From Shigella phage ShigP1, in sequence record PQ818763: DNA of 64,000 nucleotides; one strand, given 5' to 3'. The notes beneath the pieces were generated by a model that was not told where the DNA came from, did no database searches, and worked only from the letters and a program-made list of their open reading frames with translations. A program made the position numbers and the translations under genes. Positions within the stretch are counted from its first letter, which is position 1; each line of letters begins with the position of its first letter. Shown here in pieces: positions 51,520-61,181 of this stretch.

Positions 51520-52266
51520 TTAGAATGGGCTATCGTTGTCGTCTTCGTAAGTAGAAGCAGGCTCTTTATCAATCGTAGGGATTGAAGGAGTAGCTTCTTT
51601 CTGCTCTGTTTCAGAAGCACGAGTAATTTCACGACCAGCCAGAGGCATGTTCTTAGCGTCATTAGCTTGAGTAAGCAGGTTGCGCTGGAACGGGAACATC
51701 AGTTGATAGGATGCTACGTTCTCATCGGTTTCAGCATACGGTTCGAAGAATACCAGAGGACTACGAGCTTCACCAACTGCTGCACGATATTTGGTTGGGA
51801 TTGGAGAAATGGTCTTGATGGAGTTTTTAACTTCACCAGATTTGTTAGTATAAGAGTTAACCAGAATGTTAACAGGCTGACCTAACAGAACATCCTTGAA
51901 CCAAGACAGATCACCTTTCAGTGCTTGAATACTTGGGTCAATCATTTTGCAAAGATCAAGAATACCAGAGTTCTTAGCTCGTGGGTTTACATCATAGCTC
52001 TTGAACTGGCAAGCTGGACGTGGTTCTAATGCCTTACCATCGGAATCTTTACCAGTAGCATCAACACCAATCAGCTCGAAAGCTAAATCCATACGGAAAG
52101 CCGGATTCTTAGGAGTTACTGCTTTGGTCTTCGGGTCAATCCAAGGGTCACGATTGTGAACACCCAAACCTACTACACGAACGATACGTGCTTCGTATTC
52201 ACCATCAGGGATTACATCGTAGTTGGATTTACGGGAAGCAGTTGCGATAGTTGGAATCATAGACAT
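51520..52266 (-). CDS. putative single-stranded DNA-binding protein
   Basis: C-terminal acidic tail YEDDNDSPF resembles the SSB tail DDDIPF; N-terminal fold not assessed. Confidence 0.4.
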   Translation of the reverse strand: MSMIPTIATASRKSNYDVIPDGEYEARIVRVVGLGVHNRDPWIDPKTKAVTPKNPAFRMDLAFELIGVDATGKDSDGKALEPRPACQFKSYDVNPRAKNSGILDLCKMIDPSIQALKGDLSWFKDVLLGQPVNILVNSYTNKSGEVKNSIKTISPIPTKYRAAVGEARSPLVFFEPYAETDENVASYQLMFPFQRNLLTQANDAKNMPLAGREITRASETEQKEATPSIPTIDKEPASTYEDDNDSPF

Positions 52267-52682
52267 ATTTTAATTTCCTTATTTAATTTGAAAGATTGTT
52301 GCTCTCTTTGAGCGGTTATGTATAGTATACATTACGCTTATACCGATAAGAGTACTATATAATATAAGTATCTTTGGTAGTAGATATAACACACTAGTAA
52401 TGTATATATTGTATAGCTGATAAAGTTATTGCAGGCTTGTATATTGGGCAATTCACAGAATCCCTTGCAAGTACCGAAGGGCAGGAGCCACCTGCGAGAT
52501 AAAAATAGAGAATTAAGGAATCCTTGATTTAGGTTGTAGGGACTCCTAGGGACTTTGATTCTCTATTTAAAAGAATATTAATTACTTATTACCTAAATAA
52601 TTAACTAACCTACTTAAACCAAATTCAAGAATAATAGATAAAAAGATTATTCCTAAGAAAGCTAAAAAGTAAAGGATATAAG

Positions 52683-52910
52683 TTACCATTCAAGTAAACC
52701 TTTAAAGTTAGTTTGTTCTACTATCCTCTGATAACGAAGATTAGAATCAGCTTGTTTCTTTAACATCTCATTATATTGATCTCTGATAGAGTCTTTATAA
52801 ACTACAGGTTCTTTAAATACTGAGATCTTCTTTTTCTCAGAGTTAGATAGTACATCCATCACAGGTAAGATCTCCGAGAAGGGACAGTGATAACAAACGA
52901 GACTGCTCAT
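52683..52910 (-). CDS. hypothetical protein
   Basis: ORF track; overlaps the next ORF, start uncertain. Confidence 0.3.
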   Translation of the reverse strand: MSSLVCYHCPFSEILPVMDVLSNSEKKKISVFKEPVVYKDSIRDQYNEMLKKQADSNLRYQRIVEQTNFKGLLEW

Positions 52911-53058
52911 CGCTATACAGTTGATCTATCTCTTCTTTAAGTTTTGCTAACTCAATGAAATTGATAAGTTGACCATGTTCAAGACAGTCTGTTTTTAGTA
53001 TAAATAAAACTTCAGCGTTTGTTGAATCTTCACTTGAGTATTTATCAATGTATTCCAT
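52843..53058 (-). CDS. hypothetical protein (71 aa)
   Basis: ORF track only. Confidence 0.35.
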   Translation of the reverse strand: MEYIDKYSSEDSTNAEVLFILKTDCLEHGQLINFIELAKLKEEIDQLYSDEQSRLLSLSLLGDLTCDGCTI

Positions 53059-53060
53059 TT

Positions 53061-53282
53061 TTATGCCACATCTCCTTGTTTGTTGTTAATAACATCCAGT
53101 GCTGTGTAAGGTTTACCTGTTCCTAAGTATTCCAGAACTGGAGGATTCTTCTTTTCTTCAGCGACTACATAAGGTGTGATCTTTCCTTTCAGTACAGCCT
53201 GAGATGCTTTAGCACTATCTTCAGATGTGTGAATAGTAGTAAGCCCTTTCTTCCCAATTCTATAAGTGTGAACCCAAATCAT
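53061..53282 (-). CDS. hypothetical protein (73 aa)
   Basis: ORF track only. Confidence 0.35.
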   Translation of the reverse strand: MIWVHTYRIGKKGLTTIHTSEDSAKASQAVLKGKITPYVVAEEKKNPPVLEYLGTGKPYTALDVINNKQGDVA

Positions 53283-53442
53283 ACTTCTTCCTCATATTCC
53301 CAATTTCTTTCATAATACCCAGAGTTGTAGTTTAGGGCGCACTTCTCGGCCTCTTCTATGTCGTCGGTGTTTAGGATATTCACCCACCCTCCAGCTTCAT
53401 CAAAACCTTCTTCTTCCTCGTTAATCCATACACTATATTTCT

Positions 53443-53853
53443 TCATCGAATCACCAAAGGCTCTTCAGAGTACACAGGAGCGGCTATTTCTACAGGAGGT
53501 GCTGCCCTAAGGTCATTAAGTCTTACGCCCTTCAGCATACCGTCTAGGTGGTCCTTTTTGGGGATTCCAACAGGGAAGTCGTCAATCCAGATATCGACGA
53601 AGAAACCTAGCTGTCGACAGACCTCATCCTTCTGCACACCATTACAAAAGATAATAGGAATCTGCAAACACTCTGCATCAATCTTAATGTCGTGGTTATC
53701 GTACCCATTAGGCTCTGCAAAGCGATAAGTTACAAAGCGTACATCGTAGCCCTTTTCTTGCATTAATGCCACCACAGAGCGCCACAGCTTTTTATCTGAG
53801 GTGTAAGTGTCATCGTAATCTAAACCAATATTCATGTCAAATCCTTTAGACAA
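53443..53853 (-). CDS. HAD-like hydrolase (possible 5'-nucleotidase)
   Basis: Motif I IGLDYDDT (D-x-D-x-T); acidic motif VDIWIDD. Confidence 0.45.
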   Translation of the reverse strand: MSKGFDMNIGLDYDDTYTSDKKLWRSVVALMQEKGYDVRFVTYRFAEPNGYDNHDIKIDAECLQIPIIFCNGVQKDEVCRQLGFFVDIWIDDFPVGIPKKDHLDGMLKGVRLNDLRAAPPVEIAAPVYSEEPLVIR

Positions 53854-53877
53854 GAAAAGCCGCCCGAAGGCAGCTTC
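53851..53877 (-). terminator. rho-independent terminator (minus strand)
   Basis: AGCTGCC-TTCG-GGCGGCT followed by TTTCTTGTC on the minus strand. Confidence 0.55.
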
Positions 53878-54067
53878 TTATTTAACTGTTCACTTTAGCT
53901 TCAAGTGTTTCGTTTTCAATACTCAAGTCAATCACTACACCAGTAAGCTCAACGACTGCTTGGCGAAGGGCATCTTTACCCATAGAGTGTACTTGAGATA
54001 AGAAGAAAGCTTTACCTTCTTCAGTGGATAGGGTTTCTTTTAATTCAGAAGCAGTCATTGATATTCC

Positions 54068-54262
54068 TTATGTTATGTTATAAATTCGCATGATTGTACC
54101 ACCATTGGCTTCAATAGCAGCAACCATTTGGTTTCGTTCTTCATCCGTGTAAACTAACACACTTCTAAACTCGCCTGTTGCATCAGTATAAAGGATGTTA
54201 TATTTTGGAGGCGGTTTACGGTAAATACCTTCCATCACTCTTTCTCCTCTCGTTCTTTCCAC
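54068..54262 (-). CDS. hypothetical protein (64 aa)
   Basis: ORF track only. Confidence 0.35.
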   Translation of the reverse strand: MERTRGERVMEGIYRKPPPKYNILYTDATGEFRSVLVYTDEERNQMVAAIEANGGTIMRIYNIT

Positions 54263-54418
54263 AGTTCGGCTAGCTCTAGATAGAACTCAGCCTCATCAAG
54301 ACGACCTTGTTCATTACAGATGGCGCTCTGACGATAACACCAATCCGATGGCATCTCTTCCACTTCAATCTCCTTGTTACGAACCAATCAATAAGAATAG
54401 TTCATTCGTCTTATTTAT

Positions 54419-54613
54419 TCACTCTACCAATGCAGGTACTTCTATCATTTTAACTGTGAATGTCTTGTTTGGAAACTTTCGAACTAGCTCTGCTGCTTTG
54501 GTTATTGCTAAGTTCTCTGTCTCAAAGATACACAGTTGACCATTTAACGCTACGAGAGTGGAGCCACCACTGAAGACGGCCCAAGATTCATAATAACCAC
54601 GAACACTCATCAC
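54419..54613 (-). CDS. hypothetical protein (64 aa)
   Basis: ORF track; overlaps the upstream stop. Confidence 0.35.
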   Translation of the reverse strand: MMSVRGYYESWAVFSGGSTLVALNGQLCIFETENLAITKAAELVRKFPNKTFTVKMIEVPALVE

Positions 54614-54978
54614 TCAACCTCAATATTATATAGAGTTTTCAGTGTATCTTTAATCCAAGCACGTCGTTTTGGATTCTTATGATGTGCCCCGTTTTCCCTA
54701 TCTCTAAAATATTGATCACATCCGAATGGGTATGTTGGGTCAAAAAACTTTTCTTGATTAAACATATTCTTCATGTCGTCAATATCTAAATGCTTTGTGA
54801 AATAGTAATACCTCTTATAACAGCGAAAGTTGAAGCATAATCCTTGATCTTCACTAAACCATTTTGGATAAATTCCAGTCTTAGCTATTTCATAATATTG
54901 GAGGAGGAAATCCTCCATCCCCCTCTCTTTAGCTAAACATCTCAATGTTCTGTAGATGATATTGGTTTCTTTCATCAC
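54610..54978 (-). CDS. hypothetical protein (122 aa)
   Basis: ORF track; immediately downstream of the polymerase gene. Confidence 0.45.
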   Translation of the reverse strand: MMKETNIIYRTLRCLAKERGMEDFLLQYYEIAKTGIYPKWFSEDQGLCFNFRCYKRYYYFTKHLDIDDMKNMFNQEKFFDPTYPFGCDQYFRDRENGAHHKNPKRRAWIKDTLKTLYNIEVE

Positions 54979-54983
54979 TCACC

Positions 54984-56828
54984 TTAGTGTGTATGCATCC
55001 AGTTAAGTCCAATCTGACAATCAGATGCCAGAGGACATTCCATATTCAGATACTCGCCAGCTTTCTTAACACAAAGCTCGGTGTGCTCTTTGAGTTTCTG
55101 TACATCATTACGGTTTACTGAGAATTGACCTTCATCGTGCATATCAATTACCTTAGCACAACGAACCTTATCTTTCTCAATCCACTTGTTAAGGAACATC
55201 ATAGCATATTTCATAACAACAGCACCAGCACATTGCAGGAGTGTGTTAAGGGCTTTATGAACCATAACCTTACCAGTGGCATCCCGTCTCATTGTAATCT
55301 TACGACCATCAACTCCAATCAAGTATCCTTGAGCAGCTTTCTCTGTCATACGATCAATGAGGATTGCAATACATGGGTTCTCTGCTAAGAAACGTGCTCG
55401 CATCACTGAACCTTCGTCAGCCCCACCACCTACAATTGAACCAAGCTTAGCATCACCAGCACCATAGTTGAATGCGTAGATAAACGTCTTAGCGTTGTCA
55501 CGAGTAGGAAGACCAGCAAGTTTCTGGTTGTGGGAGTGGATATCACCTTCAAGGAGAATATCACGATACATAATAGCAGAAGCTAAACCACGTTCTGCCA
55601 GAGCTTTCTTAGCTGGGTTGTTCTCTTCAATTGCCTCAGCAAGCATATCCCTACACTCTTTAATGAGGTAGTGAGCGAGCATACGAAGTTCAAGTCCAGA
55701 ACCATCATACCCTAAGAATACTTCTTTACCAGCGGGTATGTAATATTTGTAAGCACCTATAGGTTTATCTTTCTTCCCCGGCTTACCTTTCTCGTAAATT
55801 ACGTTAGTACCTTTTCGTATATAACAACCATCAGGAACAACGTTAGTAATAACGAAAGGACGAGAGTGATCACTGTCTGAGTTATAGTCAGACTCAAACA
55901 GACTGCGACACTCGTGACCAAACAAACCACGGGAGGGAATATTAACCACGATACGATGTTTGAATCGAAAAGTCGGCGTAGCGCAGCTGTTAGCTTCTGC
56001 CGAAAGTTTACCATCTTCGCGTTCCTTTGCTATGAGTCCACTGATAAGACCTAGCCTGTGAGCCGCTACAACGCGTCTCTTAAGCAAACTTCCAACACTC
56101 CCTAGTTCACCCCCTAGCCCTTCTTCAAGAGTCTCCTCGAGGTTTGTAGGAGCTGTAGGCCACTTGTTTGATGTGGCTAATGCTTTCTTAATCTCATCAA
56201 ACGTTACAGGATTACGGCGATTAGGGTTCAATCCCAAACCAAACACGTAAGCTTTCATGTAGTTCTTAGTTTTAAACCTGAAGTGCTTTTCTAAGAACTT
56301 CTTAATATCAGCGTCAACCATCTCGGCTGTCTGCTTTTGCTTAGCATTGCCTCGCATCCAAGCAGTATACCATGCTTGGTATGTTCCATACTTTCTCATA
56401 TCTTTCTTAATTTCGAAAGTATTCCAAGGCTTCTTAGATACGTTAAACTCTGGAGGAAGAAAGCCCTCATCCATAAGAGCTTCTTTAACTCGTGCATCCT
56501 TCGATGGGTCAAAGTCTACATATTCGACACAGGTGAAAGCTCCACCAATGTCTTCTCTCTTCAGTCCAACCCTATCACAATAAGCTTGAGGCCACTTCTG
56601 CAAAGCCCCTGACTTCTTAAATGGCTTCATGTAAGTAGAGCCATCTAATCTCATCTTAGGTAAGAGAGGAATCAACTCTCTGTCAATATTAACAATAATC
56701 TCTTTAAGGAGGTGAACATACCACCGAGCATTTCTTCGGTTGAAACTCACTCCGTGCTTTGCTTGCTTAGAGATTATATCAGCGACAGTCATCTCTGTCA
56801 AAAATGGAAGAGCGTCCGGGTTGCTCAC
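54984..56828 (-). CDS. DNA polymerase, family A (T7-like), polymerase domain only
   Basis: Motif A DGSGLELR, motif B RDNAKTFIYAFNYGAG, motif C MHDE; C-terminal third alignable with T7 gp5 as recalled (GVDGRK..., KALNTLLQCAGA); no Exo I/II/III motifs in the N-terminal 250 aa. Confidence 0.8.
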   Translation of the reverse strand: MSNPDALPFLTEMTVADIISKQAKHGVSFNRRNARWYVHLLKEIIVNIDRELIPLLPKMRLDGSTYMKPFKKSGALQKWPQAYCDRVGLKREDIGGAFTCVEYVDFDPSKDARVKEALMDEGFLPPEFNVSKKPWNTFEIKKDMRKYGTYQAWYTAWMRGNAKQKQTAEMVDADIKKFLEKHFRFKTKNYMKAYVFGLGLNPNRRNPVTFDEIKKALATSNKWPTAPTNLEETLEEGLGGELGSVGSLLKRRVVAAHRLGLISGLIAKEREDGKLSAEANSCATPTFRFKHRIVVNIPSRGLFGHECRSLFESDYNSDSDHSRPFVITNVVPDGCYIRKGTNVIYEKGKPGKKDKPIGAYKYYIPAGKEVFLGYDGSGLELRMLAHYLIKECRDMLAEAIEENNPAKKALAERGLASAIMYRDILLEGDIHSHNQKLAGLPTRDNAKTFIYAFNYGAGDAKLGSIVGGGADEGSVMRARFLAENPCIAILIDRMTEKAAQGYLIGVDGRKITMRRDATGKVMVHKALNTLLQCAGAVVMKYAMMFLNKWIEKDKVRCAKVIDMHDEGQFSVNRNDVQKLKEHTELCVKKAGEYLNMECPLASDCQIGLNWMHTH

Positions 56829-56844
56829 TTTATACTCCTTTAAA

Positions 56845-57258
56845 TTATTGGTAAAGTAAATCTGTAAATGCTTGGTTATCTTCTACTACATCCAAGGATG
56901 TGGAATCAACAGCATATGTTCTCATTGCTGCATTTGTTTGTGCCCAAGTAGGTGGAGAATAAGAAGACCTAACCTCACGAGGCTGCTCTCTGACTAGATG
57001 GGCCACAACCCTCTGATTAGCAACTTCTTCTCTTTCTCTAATAGCCCTCTGGATATAGGCCAGCTTCATGCCCCAAGCTTCTTCAAACTCTTGAGGATGC
57101 TTATCACTGATAACCACATACTGACGTTCAGGAATACCAGAGCGAATCTCTGATAATAACTCATGGAATAAATCTAGTTCATGTTCAGTGAGATTCATTT
57201 CAATATCATCCCACTTAAGAACTAGGAAACGGTTTTGGTGTCTAGCTGGTAATGGCAT
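56845..57258 (-). CDS. hypothetical protein (137 aa)
   Basis: ORF track only. Confidence 0.45.
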   Translation of the reverse strand: MPLPARHQNRFLVLKWDDIEMNLTEHELDLFHELLSEIRSGIPERQYVVISDKHPQEFEEAWGMKLAYIQRAIREREEVANQRVVAHLVREQPREVRSSYSPPTWAQTNAAMRTYAVDSTSLDVVEDNQAFTDLLYQ

Positions 57259-57421
57259 TCTACTCCACCTCTACTTCAATGTAAGTTCTCTCGCCAACGT
57301 CATCTTTTAAGACCCATGCCTTGGCATCTTCTTCAGACTTAAAAGCTTTCACAACGCTGTATCCCCCTTCCCATTCATCACCGACCCAGCGCTGTCCTAC
57401 GTAAATGTATTCTTTCATCAC

Positions 57422-57706
57422 TCAACCTTTCGGGAATGGCATTAAAAACTCTACAGCAGATTTGATTTCGTTATTGATTCGTGAATCACGGTAAGAGATA
57501 AACTTACCTTTGCTGTCACGTAACATCACATGGGTTCTGGCTGTTTTGTGAGGAAGCAAAGTGATACTGGTTGGTATAGTATCAATTCCTACAGAGCATG
57601 AATTAATAGTCTTACTCTCTACTAGCAGATAAGACCAAGTACGCGGTTTCTGCTCCGGACGGTTGGGGTATGTGTCTCGAATCTGTACCATAGCTAACTT
57701 ATTCAT
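57422..57706 (-). CDS. small protein, paralog pair 2 (C-terminal PFPKG)
   Basis: Shares KTARTxVxLR...GKFISY...PFPKG with 57708-57962. Confidence 0.5.
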   Translation of the reverse strand: MNKLAMVQIRDTYPNRPEQKPRTWSYLLVESKTINSCSVGIDTIPTSITLLPHKTARTHVMLRDSKGKFISYRDSRINNEIKSAVEFLMPFPKG

Positions 57707-57707
57707 G

Positions 57708-57962
57708 TTAAACTCCTTTAGGGAATGGGATGAGATTTTCTACTGCAACACGGAAAGATTTTTCTACATCTTTGTTTTTATAAGAAATGAATTTACCATC
57801 AGCACCACGAAGGATTACATTAGTGCGAGCTGTTTTTGGGTTAATCTCAATCATCCGTTCGATGATCTTGTTTGATTTGTTGTGGTGGTTAGTGAAAGTC
57901 CACTTAACAATCTTGCCATCTCTGGTTACATCAAAAATATTTACGATTTTTACAATAGACAT
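57708..57962 (-). CDS. small protein, paralog pair 2 (C-terminal PFPKG)
   Basis: Shares KTARTxVxLR...GKFISY...PFPKG with 57422-57706. Confidence 0.5.
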   Translation of the reverse strand: MSIVKIVNIFDVTRDGKIVKWTFTNHHNKSNKIIERMIEINPKTARTNVILRGADGKFISYKNKDVEKSFRVAVENLIPFPKGV

Positions 57963-58030
57963 ATTTATTACCTAAGAAGTTTATTTTGGTTTATATAAAA
58001 GAAAAGGCCACCCATTTGGGTAGCCTCATA

Positions 58031-58348
58031 TTACGATGAGCTTAAAGCCCCTTTGCGTGCTCCAGCTGCTTTTCCAGCTCGATCACCACTTTTGCCGCCG
58101 TTTGAACGGTTTGAGCTGACTGATTCAACACGTAAGTTGCTTGACGCATTAGAGCCTCCAGACTTGACAGCTCGTTTGTGTCCAACATCTTTACCTCTGA
58201 CAGCAGCTTTTCCATCGCGCTTTTCAACGATGCGACGTGCACGGTGGCGCTGAGCATCTCCGCTCTTGCTCCCAACGCCTGTTTCACCACGGGCAATTGC
58301 GGTACGTCTTTCTTGTGCATAATCTCTCTTTCCTACATGGTCTGCCAT
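58031..58348 (-). CDS. basic low-complexity protein, possible nucleic-acid binder
   Basis: Strong AAGGAG Shine-Dalgarno 6 nt before the ATG; Arg/Lys/Gly/Ser-rich; preferred over overlapping 58042-58320. Confidence 0.5.
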   Translation of the reverse strand: MADHVGKRDYAQERRTAIARGETGVGSKSGDAQRHRARRIVEKRDGKAAVRGKDVGHKRAVKSGGSNASSNLRVESVSSNRSNGGKSGDRAGKAAGARKGALSSS

Positions 58349-58404
58349 TTAGAACTCCTTAATATATCAGTGTACACTAAGGAGTATACATTATAAGTTA
58401 CTGT

Positions 58405-59142
58405 TTAAGCTTTCTTTTCCATTGCTTTAACAATCGCCTTACAGAAACCAGAACGAACAATATCATCTGATTCACCATCTACAATCTCAGCAAACTCATA
58501 CAGATCGTGTTCATCAATAAAGTTAGTAGCCCAAGTTAGACCACTCTCTCGACCACGCATATCATGCTGGTTTGTATCACCCATACAGAACAATTGAGAG
58601 GTTTCTCCCAATCGAGTCATGATGGAGAAGGCTTCATCCTTAGTTGTATTCTGGAACTCATCTACGATAACAATGGCATCATTGAAAGAGCGACCACGGA
58701 GATATTCCAGAGGTACAAATTCAATGTTACCATTTCCGATTTGGCATTCATAGAATCCCTTACCGTATCGCTGAGTAATAACATCAATGATAGGCATCAG
58801 GTATGGTTCAAACTTCTCACGCATTCCTCCCGGAAGTAACCCAAGAGAGTTACCCATGCCAACTGAAGGTCGACTCAGGATGATCTTCTGAATCTTACCA
58901 CTCTTCAGTGCATCGATAACCGTGGAAGTGATTACAAAGGTCTTACCACAGCCCGCAGGAGCGTCTGTGAACACAACTTGTTTAGTCTTAATAGCATTGA
59001 GTAGCTCAGACTGAAACTGGTTCTGAGGGACTACAGGCTTTGCTAAAACCACCTCTTCATACTCTCGCTTACCTTTACGAGTAACAAGTGCTTCCCGACG
59101 AAGGTCTTTCCGTGATTCTTTCCGTGATTGACGACGACTCAT
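58405..59142 (-). CDS. phoH: PhoH-like ATPase
   Basis: Walker A APAGCGKTF; Walker B IVIVDEFQN; typical PhoH length. Confidence 0.7.
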   Translation of the reverse strand: MSRRQSRKESRKDLRREALVTRKGKREYEEVVLAKPVVPQNQFQSELLNAIKTKQVVFTDAPAGCGKTFVITSTVIDALKSGKIQKIILSRPSVGMGNSLGLLPGGMREKFEPYLMPIIDVITQRYGKGFYECQIGNGNIEFVPLEYLRGRSFNDAIVIVDEFQNTTKDEAFSIMTRLGETSQLFCMGDTNQHDMRGRESGLTWATNFIDEHDLYEFAEIVDGESDDIVRSGFCKAIVKAMEKKA

Positions 59143-59324
59143 TTACGCTCTCCAATTTCTTCGTAATGACATTCAGTAGTTAAACAATCTTTACAGATTG
59201 CTGTGTAAACCCTGACGTTAGTAAATCGTTTGTTCTTCCCTTTGGTTGGAGAGCCTTTAGCAAGCTCTCTGATAACCTTGTTACTTAAGTGAAGGTTTGT
59301 CCCTTCACATCTAGAGCACTTCAT
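59139..59324 (-). CDS. small zinc-ribbon protein
   Basis: CSRCEG...CKDC motifs. Confidence 0.4.
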   Translation of the reverse strand: MKCSRCEGTNLHLSNKVIRELAKGSPTKGKNKRFTNVRVYTAICKDCLTTECHYEEIGERK

Positions 59325-59640
59325 GGTTCATATCTTTATGAAGTCTATAAACAGCTGTCGCCATACAAGCAACAGCTTCATTATGCGGGAGATGCATACC
59401 TGTAGAACCATCCCAATCCCTGAACTCATTGTCAAAGACTCCGGTAGGCTCTTGATACAAGGCTTGCAACTCCACTAGATCATTAGCAACTTGTTGCCAT
59501 TTATCATCAGACCAGATAGGGTCATCCAACCAGTAATACAAATAGGAATGGATGATCAATTGCCTTCTGTGCCGATTAATTACTTCAGCGGGACTTATCT
59601 CACTTCCATTTGAAGTCCTAAATGTATTACTGTCAATCAT
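59311..59640 (-). CDS. hypothetical protein (109 aa)
   Basis: ORF track only. Confidence 0.4.
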   Translation of the reverse strand: MIDSNTFRTSNGSEISPAEVINRHRRQLIIHSYLYYWLDDPIWSDDKWQQVANDLVELQALYQEPTGVFDNEFRDWDGSTGMHLPHNEAVACMATAVYRLHKDMNHEVL

Positions 59641-59891
59641 TTCACAACCTTAAATTTGAATGTTGTTGGGTGATAATAATGCAACCTGTTGATGGTGTGC
59701 TTGATTTCAAGGTATGTCCTACAGGAGTGGCACATAACATGAGACAAACCAGTCACAGGATTGGGCTTAAAATTGATGATAGGCTTCTCTTTCTTACAGA
59801 AGCTACAGACTTTCTTTTCCATCTTTTCTCCAGTGGTCAACGAATTGCTGAAACACTTTATGGTCGAATGTGAAACCTCGAGCAATCCCAC
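59637..59891 (-). CDS. small zinc-finger-like protein
   Basis: CSFCKK...CHSC motifs. Confidence 0.4.
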   Translation of the reverse strand: MGLLEVSHSTIKCFSNSLTTGEKMEKKVCSFCKKEKPIINFKPNPVTGLSHVMCHSCRTYLEIKHTINRLHYYHPTTFKFKVVK

Positions 59892-60036
59892 ACTCTACGA
59901 AAGTAGAAGGCATATAGTCTACATCATCTTTAGATGTATGACCATAAACTTGAATAAGCTTTTTAATCTTATCCTTCTCTCTTCGAGGAAGCATTCTAAA
60001 TGCCTCCTGAATATCTGTAATATGTTTGATTTTCAT
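59803..60036 (-). CDS. hypothetical protein (77 aa)
   Basis: ORF track; overlaps the previous ORF in another frame. Confidence 0.3.
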   Translation of the reverse strand: MKIKHITDIQEAFRMLPRREKDKIKKLIQVYGHTSKDDVDYMPSTFVECGIARGFTFDHKVFQQFVDHWRKDGKESL

Positions 60037-60052
60037 CAGAAAGCCTCTGATA

Positions 60053-60709
60053 TTAACTCTCCAAAGTTTTCTTCAGAGCTGCCCACGAGATTGGGTAGAG
60101 TTTAGCCATCTCTTCATCTAGAGATTTAGCAAACACTCGAACTTCATATTGAGCGTGAGAGGAGAGTCGCTGACGACACAACTCAAACCAGCCGTACAAA
60201 GAACCGGTCCACACCCACTCAGTGATCATCCCCTGAGGAAGAACAAATCGAGCTTGCTCTGGTGCAATAAATTCAATCAACTTGTCATATGCTGCTAGAG
60301 AAGCTTCATATGAATCGTTAATCAGCATTAATGCTTCAGCTCGCTCTCCGTCGATGAGTTGAACCCCTGAACCTGCATGGAGGTCCGAAGGTCTCGCAAA
60401 AATCTCTTTAGGGATGAAGACTTCAACTGCTCCATCTTTATACCGCCGGGACATTTCGTTCCACGAGAATCCAACCTGATGCTTCTGTAGTTGACGAGCG
60501 ATTGCAATTGGAGCCTTACAACGAAAGGACACTTGTGGATGACGGAACGGAGTGCAGTGTTTCTCTCTAGCCAAGAAGTTAATCAGCCGAGTATCACGAT
60601 CATTCAAATCACCCTCTCGTACAACACCAAAAGAAACTCTTGCAGCATTAACAACAGTTTTATCACTGCCCATAGCTTCAATCAATGTTGCTTGCAATTG
60701 TTCATTCAT
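60053..60709 (-). CDS. thyX: flavin-dependent thymidylate synthase (ThyX)
   Basis: ThyX signature RHxxVSF...SxNEMSRRY. Confidence 0.75.
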   Translation of the reverse strand: MNEQLQATLIEAMGSDKTVVNAARVSFGVVREGDLNDRDTRLINFLAREKHCTPFRHPQVSFRCKAPIAIARQLQKHQVGFSWNEMSRRYKDGAVEVFIPKEIFARPSDLHAGSGVQLIDGERAEALMLINDSYEASLAAYDKLIEFIAPEQARFVLPQGMITEWVWTGSLYGWFELCRQRLSSHAQYEVRVFAKSLDEEMAKLYPISWAALKKTLES

Positions 60710-61181
60710 ACTTCAACTTCTCCTTGTTATAAGCAATCTCTGCTTCTTCTGGAGTATGGAAAGTTCCTAAATGCTTAGTCTTTCCGTTAACTCCGATGAT
60801 AGCTCTGAATTTTGTACCACTAGCCGTCTCTCTGATGTAAACACCCATTGGGAGTTTTCCAGCTTTTCCGGCTCTGTTGTATTGTTTTCTGTTATGACAG
60901 TTTGTAGATGGGTCAACATCTCTTAGGTTTTTAAGAGAGTCATCCAGTTTAATCTGGTTGATGTGATCAATCTCAAACTCAGGCATCTTTCCATAAGAGA
61001 AAAACCAAGCTAATCGACATGCTCTGTAAGATTTCCCTTCATAATAGATGTACCTGTAGCCTAATGTTGAGATACACCCAGCAATATTCCCTGATACTCT
61101 CCGACCTTTAGTGTTCTTCCACCTAAAGATTCCAGTATCAGGGTCATATGCTAGGTCTTCTTTTATCTTATCAGTTAACAC
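60702..61181 (-). CDS. HNH homing endonuclease with C-terminal AP2 DNA-binding domain
   Basis: EIDHINQIKLDDSLKNLR...CHN (HNH_3-like) and GVYIRETASGTKFRAIIGVNGKTKHLGTFHTPEEA (AP2-like); free-standing between the thioredoxin and thyX genes. Confidence 0.65.
   Translation of the reverse strand: MLTDKIKEDLAYDPDTGIFRWKNTKGRRVSGNIAGCISTLGYRYIYYEGKSYRACRLAWFFSYGKMPEFEIDHINQIKLDDSLKNLRDVDPSTNCHNRKQYNRAGKAGKLPMGVYIRETASGTKFRAIIGVNGKTKHLGTFHTPEEAEIAYNKEKLKYE

Noticed and set aside
58042-58320. 92-aa ORF overlapping 58031-58348 in another frame
   Set aside because: The 105-aa frame has a strong AAGGAG ribosome-binding site at the right spacing; only one of the two can be real.
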